Assembly (NCBI GenBank): GCA_902586495.1
Contig: CACIHQ010000005.1
Location: 4,953 to 68,952, forward strand
Direction: 5' to 3'
Source of the DNA: an uncultured Pelagibacteraceae bacterium
GTDB taxonomy: Bacteria > Pseudomonadota > Alphaproteobacteria > Pelagibacterales > Pelagibacteraceae
Length of the DNA: 64,000 nt
Below, piece by piece: positions 9,569 through 18,517 of this stretch. How positions within the stretch are numbered: position 1 is the stretch's first letter; the number at the start of each line of letters is the position of its first letter. The translations under genes and the position numbers were made by a program. The notes below the pieces were generated by a model that worked only from the letters and a program-made list of their open reading frames with translations, was not told the origin of the DNA and ran no database searches.

Positions 9569-10740
9569 ATTTTTTCAATACATAAAGCTATACCCATTCC
9601 ACCTCCAATACAGAGAGTCGCACAACCCTTGCTTTTTTTTTGTCTCTTCATTTCATGTACTAAAGTTACAAGTATTCTTGCTCCTGATGCACCAATAGGA
9701 TGACCTAGCGCGATTGCACCACCATTTACATTTACTTTATTTGGGTCAACACCCAACTCACGAATTACAGCTATGCTTTGAGCTGCAAAAGCTTCATTAA
9801 TTTCAAATAAATCAACCTCATCTAAATTCCATCCAGCTATATTAATTGCTTTACGAACAGCTTCTATTGGCCCTAGACCCATTAAGGTTGGATCTACTCC
9901 AACTGATGCCCATGACACTATTTTTGCAAGCGGATTAATAGATTTTTTTTCTGCTTCTTCAATAGTGGTTAAAAATAAAGCTGCAGCACCATCATTAATA
10001 CCAGAAGAATTTCCAGATGTAACTGTTCCATTTTCTTTGAAAACTGTTTTAAGTTTTTCTAGATCAGAAATTTTTAGACCTATTCGTGGATGCTCATCTA
10101 AGTTTAGCACGCTATTTGCTTGATTAATCTTAACTAATTCATCATCAAATTTTCTATTTTTGATTGCTTCTTCTGTTTTTTTTTGAGAATTTAAAGCAAA
10201 CTCGTCTTGCTCCTTTTTAGATATGTCAAATTTTTTTGCAATATTTTCTGCTGTAACTCCCATGTGATAATTATTAAAAGCATCCATCAATCCGTCATTA
10301 ATCAGTGTATCTTTTAGTTTATCTTCTGAAATTTTTCTTTCATCTCTTAAAAAAATTGAATGTGGTGCTATTGACATATTCTCTTGTCCCCCAGAAATAA
10401 CATTCAATGACTCTCCTAATTTGATAGATTGATATCCCGATATTACTGCTCTTAATCCAGACCCACAAACTTGATTAATTATATGGGCTGGTTTTGAAAT
10501 TGGTATTCCAGCATTTATTGCAGCTTGTCTAGCAGGGTTCTGTCCAGCCCCAGCAGTCAATACTTGACCCATAATTACTTCATCTACCTCATCTGGACTA
10601 AATTTAGTTAATTTTAAAGCTTCTTTGATCACTAAAGATCCTAGCTGATCAGATCTCATTTTTTTTAATGAACCTCTATAAGATCCGATAGGTGTCCTAA
10701 CAGCACTAACAATCACCACTTCTTTTGATTTATCTGTCAT
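9565..10740 (-). CDS. atoB: Acetyl-CoA C-acetyltransferase (thiolase)
   Basis: Thiolase motifs NQVCGSGL, NEAFAAQ, GHPIGASG and CIGGGMG. Confidence 0.93.
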   Translation of the reverse strand: MTDKSKEVVIVSAVRTPIGSYRGSLKKMRSDQLGSLVIKEALKLTKFSPDEVDEVIMGQVLTAGAGQNPARQAAINAGIPISKPAHIINQVCGSGLRAVISGYQSIKLGESLNVISGGQENMSIAPHSIFLRDERKISEDKLKDTLINDGLMDAFNNYHMGVTAENIAKKFDISKKEQDEFALNSQKKTEEAIKNRKFDDELVKINQANSVLNLDEHPRIGLKISDLEKLKTVFKENGTVTSGNSSGINDGAAALFLTTIEEAEKKSINPLAKIVSWASVGVDPTLMGLGPIEAVRKAINIAGWNLDEVDLFEINEAFAAQSIAVIRELGVDPNKVNVNGGAIALGHPIGASGARILVTLVHEMKRQKKSKGCATLCIGGGMGIALCIEKI

Positions 10741-10812
10741 TAATTTTTAAATTTATCTTATAATTAAAATATACTAAAAATTAATATATTGTATTTAAAT
10801 AAAATTATAAAT

Positions 10813-10889
10813 GCGCCTGTAGCTCAACTGGATAGAGCGCTTGGCTACGGACCAGGAGGTTCTGGGTTCGACTCCTAGCAGGCGCACCA
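10813..10889 (+). tRNA. tRNA-Arg(ACG)
   Basis: Acceptor stem GCGCCTG...CAGGCGC followed by ACCA; anticodon arm CTTGG-CTACGGA-CCAGG; T-loop GGTTCGACTCC; encoded CCA. Confidence 0.97.
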
Positions 10890-10899
10890 AAAAAAATAA

Positions 10900-10998
10900 A
10901 TGTTTGATTGGCTCCTTAAATCTTCCTTGCAAATGTCTGTAATATATTTTTTCATAATAATCTTTATTATTTTATTAATTTTAACTTTTATATTATAA
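10900..10998 (+). CDS. Possible 32-aa single-TM peptide MFDWLLKSSLQMSVIYFFIIIFIILLILTFIL
   Basis: ORF fills the gap between tRNA-Arg and the PaaI gene; the hydrophobicity could be a by-product of T-rich DNA. Confidence 0.3.
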   Translation: MFDWLLKSSLQMSVIYFFIIIFIILLILTFIL

Positions 10999-11005
10999 AA
11001 ATTCT

Positions 11006-11419
11006 ATGACAAATAAATTTGAACAAATTAGTCTAAAAACAGGATTTATGAAACACAATGGTGGAGTTTTATTTAGAGAAATTTCTGAAAATCATTATGA
11101 GTTTAAATCAACAATAACAAAAAACCATCTAAATTCAGCGGGTATCACTCACGGTGGTTACCTAGCGGCTTTAATTGATGCTGGTTCTGGTTCAGCCGCT
11201 CACAGATCAGCTAAACCTTCACCATGTGTAACAATTTCATTAGATTTAAAATTTATTGGTACATCTAAAGTTGGAGATGAAATTATAGGTCATGTTAGAA
11301 TTTTAAAAAAAACCAAGACACTTGTGTTTTTATTTTGTGAGCTTAAGTGTAACGATGAAATAATTACTACCGCAAACGGTATTTGGAAAATCCTAAAGAA
11401 TAGACCCATTAATATCTAG
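11006..11419 (+). CDS. PaaI family hotdog-fold thioesterase
   Basis: Motif HLNSAGITHGGYLAALIDAG; 137 aa. Confidence 0.88.
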   Translation: MTNKFEQISLKTGFMKHNGGVLFREISENHYEFKSTITKNHLNSAGITHGGYLAALIDAGSGSAAHRSAKPSPCVTISLDLKFIGTSKVGDEIIGHVRILKKTKTLVFLFCELKCNDEIITTANGIWKILKNRPINI

Positions 11420-11583
11420 TATGTATTTGGCCAATAAGTTAAAGATGAAATATGCCTGAAGAGTAAATATTAATTGTTATATAAATTTTATATATGTGCT
11501 AAAATAAATTTGGTTATTTTTAAAATGAGAACTTTTTAACTTCCGATTCGGTCTTGTTTTAGTCTATTTTTGTTCTTTAGAAC

Positions 11584-11599
11584 TAACAATATCTAGTAG
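11584..11599. promoter_or_regulatory. NrdR-box-like imperfect palindrome upstream of the helicase operon
   Basis: taaCaAtATcTaGtag matches the conserved positions of the NrdR consensus acaCwAtATaTwGtgt; single copy only. Confidence 0.3.
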
Positions 11600-11627
11600 G
11601 GTAAGAAAAAAGCATACCAAAGATAGA

Positions 11628-14111
11628 ATGTCTAAAAATAAAATATCTGCAATTCTCGGTCCAACTAATACTGGAAAAACTCATCTCGCGATAGAGACAA
11701 TGTTGTCTTTTGAAAGTGGTATGATTGGTTTTCCTTTAAGACTATTAGCTCGTGAGGTCTACGACAAAGTACTAAAAAGGCAAAATACAGACAGTGTAGC
11801 ATTAATAACCGGCGAGGAAAAAATTATTCCATCAAATGCTAAATATTTCCTGTGTACTGTTGAGTCTATGCCAATTGATAAACGATTAGATTTTGTTGCT
11901 ATTGATGAAATTCAAATGTGCGCAGATCATGAACGAGGCCATATTTTTACGGATAGACTTTTAAATATGAGAGGTGAAAAATTAACAATGTTTATGGGTT
12001 CAAATACAATTAAAAATATTGTTGCCAAACTAAACGACGATGTAGAATTTATTAATAGAAATCGTTTGTCAAAACTCTCTTACTCTGGCCACAAGAAAAT
12101 TTCAAGAATAGATCGGAAAACTGCTATAATTGCATTTTCTGCGGAAGAAGTATACGCAATAGCTGAACTTATCAGAAGACAGAAAGGGGGAGCCTCAATC
12201 GTTATGGGGTCTCTCAGTCCAAAGACTAGAAATGCTCAAGTTGAATTATATCAATCTGGTGATGTTGATTTTTTAGTTGCAACAGATGCGATTGGGATGG
12301 GTATAAATATGGATCTCAATCACGTGTATTTTTCAAATTTAAAAAAATTTGATGGAAAAAAATTAAGGCGATTAAACTTATCTGAAATTGGTCAAATTGC
12401 TGGTAGAGCAGGGAGATATATGAATGATGGAAGTTTTGGTATAACCGGTCAATGTGGAATAATTAGTCCTGAGAATGTTGAATTACTCGAAAACCATAGA
12501 TTTGAGGAGATTAGCTGTTTATTTTGGAGAAATTCAAATTTGAATTTTAATAACTCTACTTCATTAATAAAATCACTAGATGAAAAACCCCACAAAGACT
12601 GGTTGAGAAAAATATACGAATGTGAAGATGAAAAAGCCTTAAAGTTTTTTTTAAAAGACAAAAACTTTAAAAATATCGAGTCCAATCAAGAAAAATTAAG
12701 ACTTTTGTGGGAATGTTGTCAAATACCAGATTTTGTTAAAAAAACATACGGTCATCATTATGAGGTAATCGGAAACGTTTTTAAATATTTAAACAGTAAA
12801 AAAGGCAAAATTTCTAACGATTATTTGCGATTACAGCTGATGAAACTTGATAAATTAGATGGAAATGTAGATTCTTTGTCAAATAGAATTGCAAATGTAA
12901 GAACTTGGTCATATGTTTCAAATAAAAATAATTGGGTAGAAGATCATAATTATTGGATAGAAAAAACTAAGTTATTAGAGGACAGACTTTCAGACAGATT
13001 GCATGAAGAACTTACAAAAACTTTTATTGATAAACGTGCAAGTATTCTTGCAAGAGGTTTAAAGCAGGATATGGAGTTTGATACAAAAATTTTAGAAAAC
13101 AATGATGTAATAATCGACAATCAATTTATCGGTAAGATAAATGGTCTCAAACTAGAATTGGATTTAAAAAAAGGAGCCTTAGAGACTGACATTAAATCTC
13201 TAAAAAAAGCCGCTAGACAATCTGTAGGACCTGAATTAAAAAAAAGAGTTAAAATTATAATTGATACTGGTCTTATTGAACTTAAGGACGATTCTAAAAT
13301 TTATTGGAATAGCTCAGCGATCGGCAGGTTGACTGCTGGTAAAGATTATTTAAATCCTAATTTAGAATTAATAATTGATGATATTTTAGAACAAGATCAA
13401 AAACGAAAATTATCAGATTTTATTGGTAAATGGTTAAAAAACAAAATTTGTACAGTTTTAAAAAGTTTAATTGATTTAAAGAATATAAAAGAAAAAAATC
13501 CGTTAACAAAAGCTTTAGCATATCAACTTTATGAAAATAACGGTGTAATTAAAAGAGAACAAGTTTCTGAATATTTAGAAAAGTTAGATCAAAATGAAAG
13601 AAAAACTTTACGCAACATAGGAGTGAAATTTGGAAGATATCACGTATTTTTGTATAAATTAATAAAACCTGATGCTGTTTCCTTAAGGACACTATTATGG
13701 AAAAATTATCATCAGAAATATTTCAATTTAAGACCTCCGACATTTGGTTTGAACTTTTTAAATGATAAGGATTTTAAAAATAAAAATTTCATGCTGTTAT
13801 GTGGATTTGAAAAATTTGATACCTTTTTTGTTAGAATCGATATTCTTGAGAGATTGTTTATACAAATATTGAATTCTGATAATAAAGAGAAAAAGAAGAT
13901 GATCAAAATGGTCCCAGAGATGATTAATCTACTAGGCTGTAGTAAAGAAAATTTTAAAAAGTTAATTAGTATGATGAATTATAAAATTTATGAAAAAGAT
14001 AGCGAACTTTTTTTCAAATATAATCCACCTAGAAAGAGCAAAAAAGTTTTTTTAAAAAAACCTAATAAAGAAAGCCCCTTTATGGTTCTTAAAAATCTTA
14101 ATTTAAACTGA
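11628..14111 (+). CDS. Suv3-like SF2 helicase (alphaproteobacterial MgpS-like)
   Basis: Walker A GPTNTGKT, DEIQ motif II, ATDAIGMGIN and QIAGRAGR, typical of Suv3-type helicases. Confidence 0.88.
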   Translation: MSKNKISAILGPTNTGKTHLAIETMLSFESGMIGFPLRLLAREVYDKVLKRQNTDSVALITGEEKIIPSNAKYFLCTVESMPIDKRLDFVAIDEIQMCADHERGHIFTDRLLNMRGEKLTMFMGSNTIKNIVAKLNDDVEFINRNRLSKLSYSGHKKISRIDRKTAIIAFSAEEVYAIAELIRRQKGGASIVMGSLSPKTRNAQVELYQSGDVDFLVATDAIGMGINMDLNHVYFSNLKKFDGKKLRRLNLSEIGQIAGRAGRYMNDGSFGITGQCGIISPENVELLENHRFEEISCLFWRNSNLNFNNSTSLIKSLDEKPHKDWLRKIYECEDEKALKFFLKDKNFKNIESNQEKLRLLWECCQIPDFVKKTYGHHYEVIGNVFKYLNSKKGKISNDYLRLQLMKLDKLDGNVDSLSNRIANVRTWSYVSNKNNWVEDHNYWIEKTKLLEDRLSDRLHEELTKTFIDKRASILARGLKQDMEFDTKILENNDVIIDNQFIGKINGLKLELDLKKGALETDIKSLKKAARQSVGPELKKRVKIIIDTGLIELKDDSKIYWNSSAIGRLTAGKDYLNPNLELIIDDILEQDQKRKLSDFIGKWLKNKICTVLKSLIDLKNIKEKNPLTKALAYQLYENNGVIKREQVSEYLEKLDQNERKTLRNIGVKFGRYHVFLYKLIKPDAVSLRTLLWKNYHQKYFNLRPPTFGLNFLNDKDFKNKNFMLLCGFEKFDTFFVRIDILERLFIQILNSDNKEKKKMIKMVPEMINLLGCSKENFKKLISMMNYKIYEKDSELFFKYNPPRKSKKVFLKKPNKESPFMVLKNLNLN

Positions 14112-14114
14112 TAG

Positions 14115-14528
14115 ATGTTTTTTAAAAAAAAAGAAAAAGTAGACATTGATAGTAATTTAATTGAAATATGTGCTCTTTTAATTCATGCAGCAAAAATTGA
14201 TGAACACTTCTCTGAAAAAGAAGAAAAAATTATTAAACAAACAATGCTAAAAATTGGAGTAAAAAAAGACCATTTAGATAAATTATTTAACGAAGCGATA
14301 AAAATTGAGGATAATTCTAATCAAATTCTTAATTTTACAAAAAAAGTCAAAAATATGAATGATCAAAATAAAATTCAAATTATTGAGGCATTGTGGAGAA
14401 TTATTTACTCTAATAAAGAAGCGGATATCTACGAAACAAGTTTAATGAGAAGGCTCGGAGGATTATTGTATGTTGACAATAAAGTAATGGGAGACATTAA
14501 AGAAAAAATAAAAAGTGAGAATTTATAA
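14115..14528 (+). CDS. TerB family (tellurite-resistance-like) protein
   Basis: TerB-like patterns [17 protein letters not shown] and [15 protein letters not shown]. Confidence 0.75.
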   Translation: MFFKKKEKVDIDSNLIEICALLIHAAKIDEHFSEKEEKIIKQTMLKIGVKKDHLDKLFNEAIKIEDNSNQILNFTKKVKNMNDQNKIQIIEALWRIIYSNKEADIYETSLMRRLGGLLYVDNKVMGDIKEKIKSENL

Positions 14529-14854
14529 TGACATATTTGGTTAATGATAAATGTATTAAATGTAAGCTGACTGATTGTGTTGATGTTTGCCCGGTTGATT
14601 GCTTTTATGAAGGTAAAAATATGCTTGTAATTAAACCCGATGAGTGTATAGATTGTGGCGTTTGTGAACCTGAATGTCCGGTGGATGCAATTCAAGCAGA
14701 CACAGAGCCAGGTAGCGACAAGTGGTTAGAGATCAACAAAAAATATTCTGAAATCTGGCCGAATATAAGCGAAAAAAAAGATCCACCTTCGGATCACGAA
14801 AAATATAGAGATGAGCAAGATAAGTTTGAAAAATATTTTAAAGAGAACATTTAA
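14528..14854 (+). CDS. fdxA: Ferredoxin FdxA (7Fe type)
   Basis: [14 protein letters not shown] and [12 protein letters not shown]; the fdxA-carD order is conserved in alphaproteobacteria. Confidence 0.93.
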   Translation: MTYLVNDKCIKCKLTDCVDVCPVDCFYEGKNMLVIKPDECIDCGVCEPECPVDAIQADTEPGSDKWLEINKKYSEIWPNISEKKDPPSDHEKYRDEQDKFEKYFKENI

Positions 14855-15680
14855 AAATAAATCAAAAAAAACAAGAAAGGTGACTAAAACAAAAGTTACC
14901 AAAAGTATAAAAAAACCAGTCAAAAAAATTAAAAAATTAGTAACACAAAAATCTAAAAAAATTATTCAAAAAAAACAAAGTAAAAATAGTCAAAAAAATA
15001 TAGAATTAAAACAAGACAACTTAAGAATTTCCAAGGGGACTGAAATTAAACCTGAGATTAAAAAGGTTAATAAACAGGCAACTGAAAAAAGAGAGTATAA
15101 AATAAAAGATCATGTTGTTTATCCTAAACATGGTGTTGGACAAATATCTGAATTTAAAAAAATTAGTATTGGTGGAATCGATGTTGAAACATATGTCATT
15201 AAATTTGAGAAAGATAAAGCTAATGGTATGGTTCCAGTCAATAAACAATCTCACCTTCGTCCATTAGCTACAATCAACCAAGTTAACAAATGTATTTCAA
15301 TTCTAAAAAGCAAACCAAAAATCAAAAGATCGATGTGGAGTAGGAGAGCACAAGAATATGAGGCTAAAATTTCCTCAGGTAAAATTTACGAATTAGCAGA
15401 GGTAGTAAGAGATTTAAATAAAGGAGATGATTTAATGGTCGACCAATCTTATAGTGAAAGACAACTTTTTGAAAAAGCTTATGAGAGAATTTTAACTGAA
15501 TTTAAGATAATATTAAATGTTTCTTTGGAAGATACACAAAAAAAATTAGATAAAGCACTAAAAAGAAATTTGGATGGTCAAGCTAAACCAGAAACTACAG
15601 CAGTTAAAAGTTCAACACCTGAAATTCAAGATGAAGAACCAATTTCAGAAAATGATAGTGATGAAAATATTGAAGATTAA
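14811..15680 (+). CDS. carD: CarD/CdnL family RNA polymerase-binding regulator with Lys-rich N-terminal and acidic C-terminal extensions (start uncertain; alternative GTG at 14880)
   Basis: CarD motifs [22 protein letters not shown] and [11 protein letters not shown]. Confidence 0.92.
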   Translation: MSKISLKNILKRTFKNKSKKTRKVTKTKVTKSIKKPVKKIKKLVTQKSKKIIQKKQSKNSQKNIELKQDNLRISKGTEIKPEIKKVNKQATEKREYKIKDHVVYPKHGVGQISEFKKISIGGIDVETYVIKFEKDKANGMVPVNKQSHLRPLATINQVNKCISILKSKPKIKRSMWSRRAQEYEAKISSGKIYELAEVVRDLNKGDDLMVDQSYSERQLFEKAYERILTEFKIILNVSLEDTQKKLDKALKRNLDGQAKPETTAVKSSTPEIQDEEPISENDSDENIED

Positions 15681-15681
15681 A

Positions 15682-15721
15682 AAAAACGCCTCTCACACAT
15701 AACGTTATGAGAAGCGTTTTT
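15682..15721 (-). terminator. Intrinsic terminator between carD and the basic peptide gene; best formed on the minus strand, probably bidirectional
   Basis: Minus-strand RNA AAAAACGCUUCUCAUA-acguua-UGUGUGAGAGGCG-UUUUUUUU; the mismatches are G-U wobbles on the minus strand; T-runs flank both strands. Confidence 0.8.
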
Positions 15722-15740
15722 AATAAAGAATACTAAGTTA

Positions 15741-15818
15741 TTATCTTCTTCTTCTTTTTTTAGCTTTTTTCTTAGCTTTTTTCTTAGCCTTCTTTGCTTT
15801 TTTTCTTCTTTTAGCCAT
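15741..15818 (-). CDS. 25-aa protamine/histone-H1-like basic micro-protein MAKRRKKAKKAKKKAKKKAKKRRRR
   Basis: ATG at 15818 with SD AAGGGAG 6 nt upstream; tandem TAA TAA stop; upstream sigma70-type promoter and downstream terminator; only Lys/Arg/Ala after Met. Confidence 0.8.
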   Translation of the reverse strand: MAKRRKKAKKAKKKAKKKAKKRRRR

Positions 15819-15840
15819 CTTTAGCTCCCTTTTTAGTTAA

Positions 15841-15860
15841 ACGAATCAAAATTGATTCGT
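15841..15860. repeat. Perfect inverted repeat in the 5' UTR of the basic peptide gene
   Basis: ACGAATCAA-AA-TTGATTCGT. Confidence 0.75.
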
Positions 15861-15869
15861 AATTACTTA

Positions 15870-15898
15870 TTTTTATTTTTTTATACACGTTATGTCAA
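15870..15898 (-). promoter_or_regulatory. Putative sigma70 promoter of the basic peptide gene
   Basis: Minus strand TTGACA (15898-15893), 17-nt spacer, TAAAAA (15875-15870); perfect -35, while the -10 lacks the -7 T. Confidence 0.6.
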
Positions 15899-16015
15899 TT
15901 CTTTAATTGAAGTTAAAATTTTTAAAGAAAAAGAATTTAATAAAAAAAATTTTTCAAATTTTAATGTAAAAAAAGTTAATGTTTATGCGATTAATAATCA
16001 AATATTTTACTTTAA

Positions 16016-17761
16016 TTAATAAAGTTTTTCTAAATCTTCTTTGTATTTTTCTAAAATTTTTTTTCTTTTTAATTTTAAAGTTGGTGTTAACATTCCATTT
16101 TCAATTGTAAATTCTTCTTTTATTAATTTATATTTTTTTACTTTTTCTATTAAAGACAAAGTTTTATTTAAATCCTCTAAATAAATTTCAATTTCTTTCT
16201 TATTTTCACTACTTTCACTCACAATCAATGCAACTAGATATGTTTTTTTATCTCCGTATACAAAACTTTGTTTAATTTTTTCATTTAAACATAATAAATT
16301 TTCAATTTTAGAAGGTGAAATGTTATCCCCACCAAGATTGACAATTATTTCTTTTTTTCTATCTGTTATTTTTAAATTTCCTTCTTTTGTAATTTCACCT
16401 ATGTCCCCAGTATGTAACCAGCCATCTTTAATTACTTCATCTGTTTCTTTTTTTTTATTCCAGTAACCTAGCATAATATTTTCACCTTTAACTAGGATCT
16501 CACCATCTTTAGCAATTTTTACTTGATTAGTTTTGAAAGGGGGGCCCACTGTTTCGATCTTAATTTTTCCAGGAATATTACAACTAACAACAGGAGAGGC
16601 TTCAGTTAATCCATATCCTTGCAAAGTTGGTAATCCTATAGAATTCAAAAATTCACCAATTTTTTGATCTAAAGCACCCCCTCCGGAAACAAAAGCCTTT
16701 AGTTTACCACCAAATTGATTTTTAATTTTTCTTCTTACCAATTTTTCACAGAAAATATTAATGAAATTTTCTTTCAAACTAAATTTACCTTTATTTAGTT
16801 TTTTAATTCCAAGTGAGATAGTAAATGAAATCAGCATCTTCTTAAGACCCTTTTGTTTTGCGAAATTCAAAGAAATTTTACTGTATAAATTTTGATAAAA
16901 TCTAGGGACTGCTGTCATTATTGTTGGTTTTGCAATTGACATATTGGATAATAATTTTTCCAGGCTTTCAGCATAATAAACTTTTGCTCCAAGTGAAATT
17001 TGAACAAATTGAACTGCATGTTCATATGAATGAGATAATGGTAACCACGTTAGAAAGACTGGTTTTTCATTTTTAAATAAAGGTACTAAAATATCTAATG
17101 CTCCCTCGCAATTGGATAAAATTCCTCCATGACTCAACATTACTCCTTTTGGGTTTCCAGTTGTTCCAGAAGTATAAATAATACACGCGAGATCATTTCT
17201 TTTGAGATTGGTGTTTATAGGATGTTGAATTTTAAAGTTCTGATCAATCATTATGGTTTGCCAATCAGTAAAAATTTTTTGAAAAGAATCCAATTCTTCA
17301 TCAAAGCCATCCATAGAAATAACTTTAATGTCTTTTGTTAAATATTTTTTAATTTTATCAAATTGTTCTTGAGTAGAAACAATACAAACTTTTGGCATAC
17401 AATCTTTAATTATATATTCATAATCATTATCAGAATAAGTTGTAAATAAAGGTACAGTCACTCCACCAGCATTCATAATTGATAAATCGGAAATTAGCCA
17501 CTCTGGTCGATTTTCTGAAAGTAATAAACATCTGTCTCCTATGGATATTATTTTTTTTATATAAGTAGTTAATATCCTAATTTGTCCATCAACTACTCTC
17601 CATGAATAATTAGTAGGTTGTCTTAATCCTGTTAACTCATGTTCTTTTGGTTTTAAATTTGTCAAAAACGCAGACTCACTCATAATAAATTTTTTTGGTA
17701 TATTTTTTTCAGATTTTCTAAAAAAAAGTTCTACAAGACTATTGATATTTTTTAATTCCAT
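16016..17761 (-). CDS. Long-chain fatty acid-CoA ligase (AMP-binding)
   Basis: Adenylation motifs IYTSGTTGNPKG, GYGLTE and GWLHTGD; start reassigned to ATG at 17761 (MELKNIN) because the longer ORF begins inside the tRNA. Confidence 0.9.
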   Translation of the reverse strand: MELKNINSLVELFFRKSEKNIPKKFIMSESAFLTNLKPKEHELTGLRQPTNYSWRVVDGQIRILTTYIKKIISIGDRCLLLSENRPEWLISDLSIMNAGGVTVPLFTTYSDNDYEYIIKDCMPKVCIVSTQEQFDKIKKYLTKDIKVISMDGFDEELDSFQKIFTDWQTIMIDQNFKIQHPINTNLKRNDLACIIYTSGTTGNPKGVMLSHGGILSNCEGALDILVPLFKNEKPVFLTWLPLSHSYEHAVQFVQISLGAKVYYAESLEKLLSNMSIAKPTIMTAVPRFYQNLYSKISLNFAKQKGLKKMLISFTISLGIKKLNKGKFSLKENFINIFCEKLVRRKIKNQFGGKLKAFVSGGGALDQKIGEFLNSIGLPTLQGYGLTEASPVVSCNIPGKIKIETVGPPFKTNQVKIAKDGEILVKGENIMLGYWNKKKETDEVIKDGWLHTGDIGEITKEGNLKITDRKKEIIVNLGGDNISPSKIENLLCLNEKIKQSFVYGDKKTYLVALIVSESSENKKEIEIYLEDLNKTLSLIEKVKKYKLIKEEFTIENGMLTPTLKLKRKKILEKYKEDLEKLY

Positions 17762-17767
17762 AAAAAA

Positions 17768-17852
17768 TGGTGGGCGAAGAGAGAATCGAACTCTCACTTC
17801 TTGCGAAACACGATTTTGAGTCGTGCGCGTCTACCAGTTCCGCCATTCGCCC
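17768..17852 (-). tRNA. tRNA-Leu(CAA)
   Basis: Reverse complement has acceptor stem GGGCGAA...TTCGCCC plus ACCA; anticodon arm CACGA-CTCAAAA-TCGTG; long variable arm; 85 nt. Confidence 0.96.
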
Positions 17853-17911
17853 GTAATTGTTTAATAATTTATTAAATAGTATAAGAACTAAAATTATATT
17901 AAAACCAAAAA

Positions 17912-18517
17912 ATGTTTAATAATCTTTATAAAAAGTGTTTAGATTTAGCAGCACACAAAAGTTCAAAATACTACTTAGCAATTGTATCTTTTGTTGAAAG
18001 TTCTTTTTTTCCTATTCCGCCTGACGTCATGATTATACCAATGGTGATCTCCAAAAAGAATGATTTTATTCAAATCTTTCTTATAGCTACGATTTTTTCT
18101 GTTTTGGGTGGTATGTTAGGTTATTTAATTGGAGCTTTCTTTTTTGATTTTGGGTCACAAATTATGAGTTTTTATGGATATGAAAATAAATTATCTAATT
18201 TCAAAAAAAATTTAGTTAATAGCGATGGTTTATATGCCTGGCTAGGTATACTTTTTTTAGCAGGATTTACACCACTTCCCTACAAAGTTTTTACTATTGC
18301 AAGTGGCCTAATAAGTTTTAATTTTTTTATATTCATCTTTATTAGTTTGGTTTCAAGAGGGTTAAGATTTTTTATAGTCTCATACCTCTCTTATAAGTTT
18401 GGGAAGTTATTTACTGAATTTATGGAAAAGCACGGGTCAAAATGGTTTACAATAATTGGATTATTAATTGTTATAATTGGCTTATTGATTTATCTAATTA
18501 TAAAATTTTATGTTTAA
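17912..18517 (+). CDS. YqaA/DedA family membrane protein
   Basis: Motifs SFVESSFFPIPPD and AGFTPLPYKVF. Confidence 0.88.
   Translation: MFNNLYKKCLDLAAHKSSKYYLAIVSFVESSFFPIPPDVMIIPMVISKKNDFIQIFLIATIFSVLGGMLGYLIGAFFFDFGSQIMSFYGYENKLSNFKKNLVNSDGLYAWLGILFLAGFTPLPYKVFTIASGLISFNFFIFIFISLVSRGLRFFIVSYLSYKFGKLFTEFMEKHGSKWFTIIGLLIVIIGLLIYLIIKFYV

Noticed and set aside
11521-11590. Alphaproteobacterial LexA box upstream of the helicase
   Set aside because: No correctly spaced GTTC-N7-GTTC or GAAC-N7-GAAC direct repeat; only isolated half-sites.
11628-14528. Helicase + TerB pair as an anti-phage system
   Set aside because: A Suv3-like helicase upstream of fdxA-carD is a common core arrangement in alphaproteobacteria, and no nuclease or island features are nearby.
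15741-15818. CTTAGCTTTTTT 12-mer repeats as a CRISPR or non-coding VNTR
   Set aside because: No spacers; the repeats are in-frame AKKK units of a minus-strand ORF with SD, promoter and terminator.
17762-17797. N-terminal extension MRVRFSLRPPFF of the acyl-CoA ligase in the ORF track
   Set aside because: It lies within the tRNA-Leu T-arm and acceptor stem; the real start is more likely ATG 17761.
10813-17852. Region between tRNA-Arg and tRNA-Leu as an integrated island
   Set aside because: No integrase, no duplicated tRNA 3' ends seen, and the content is housekeeping.
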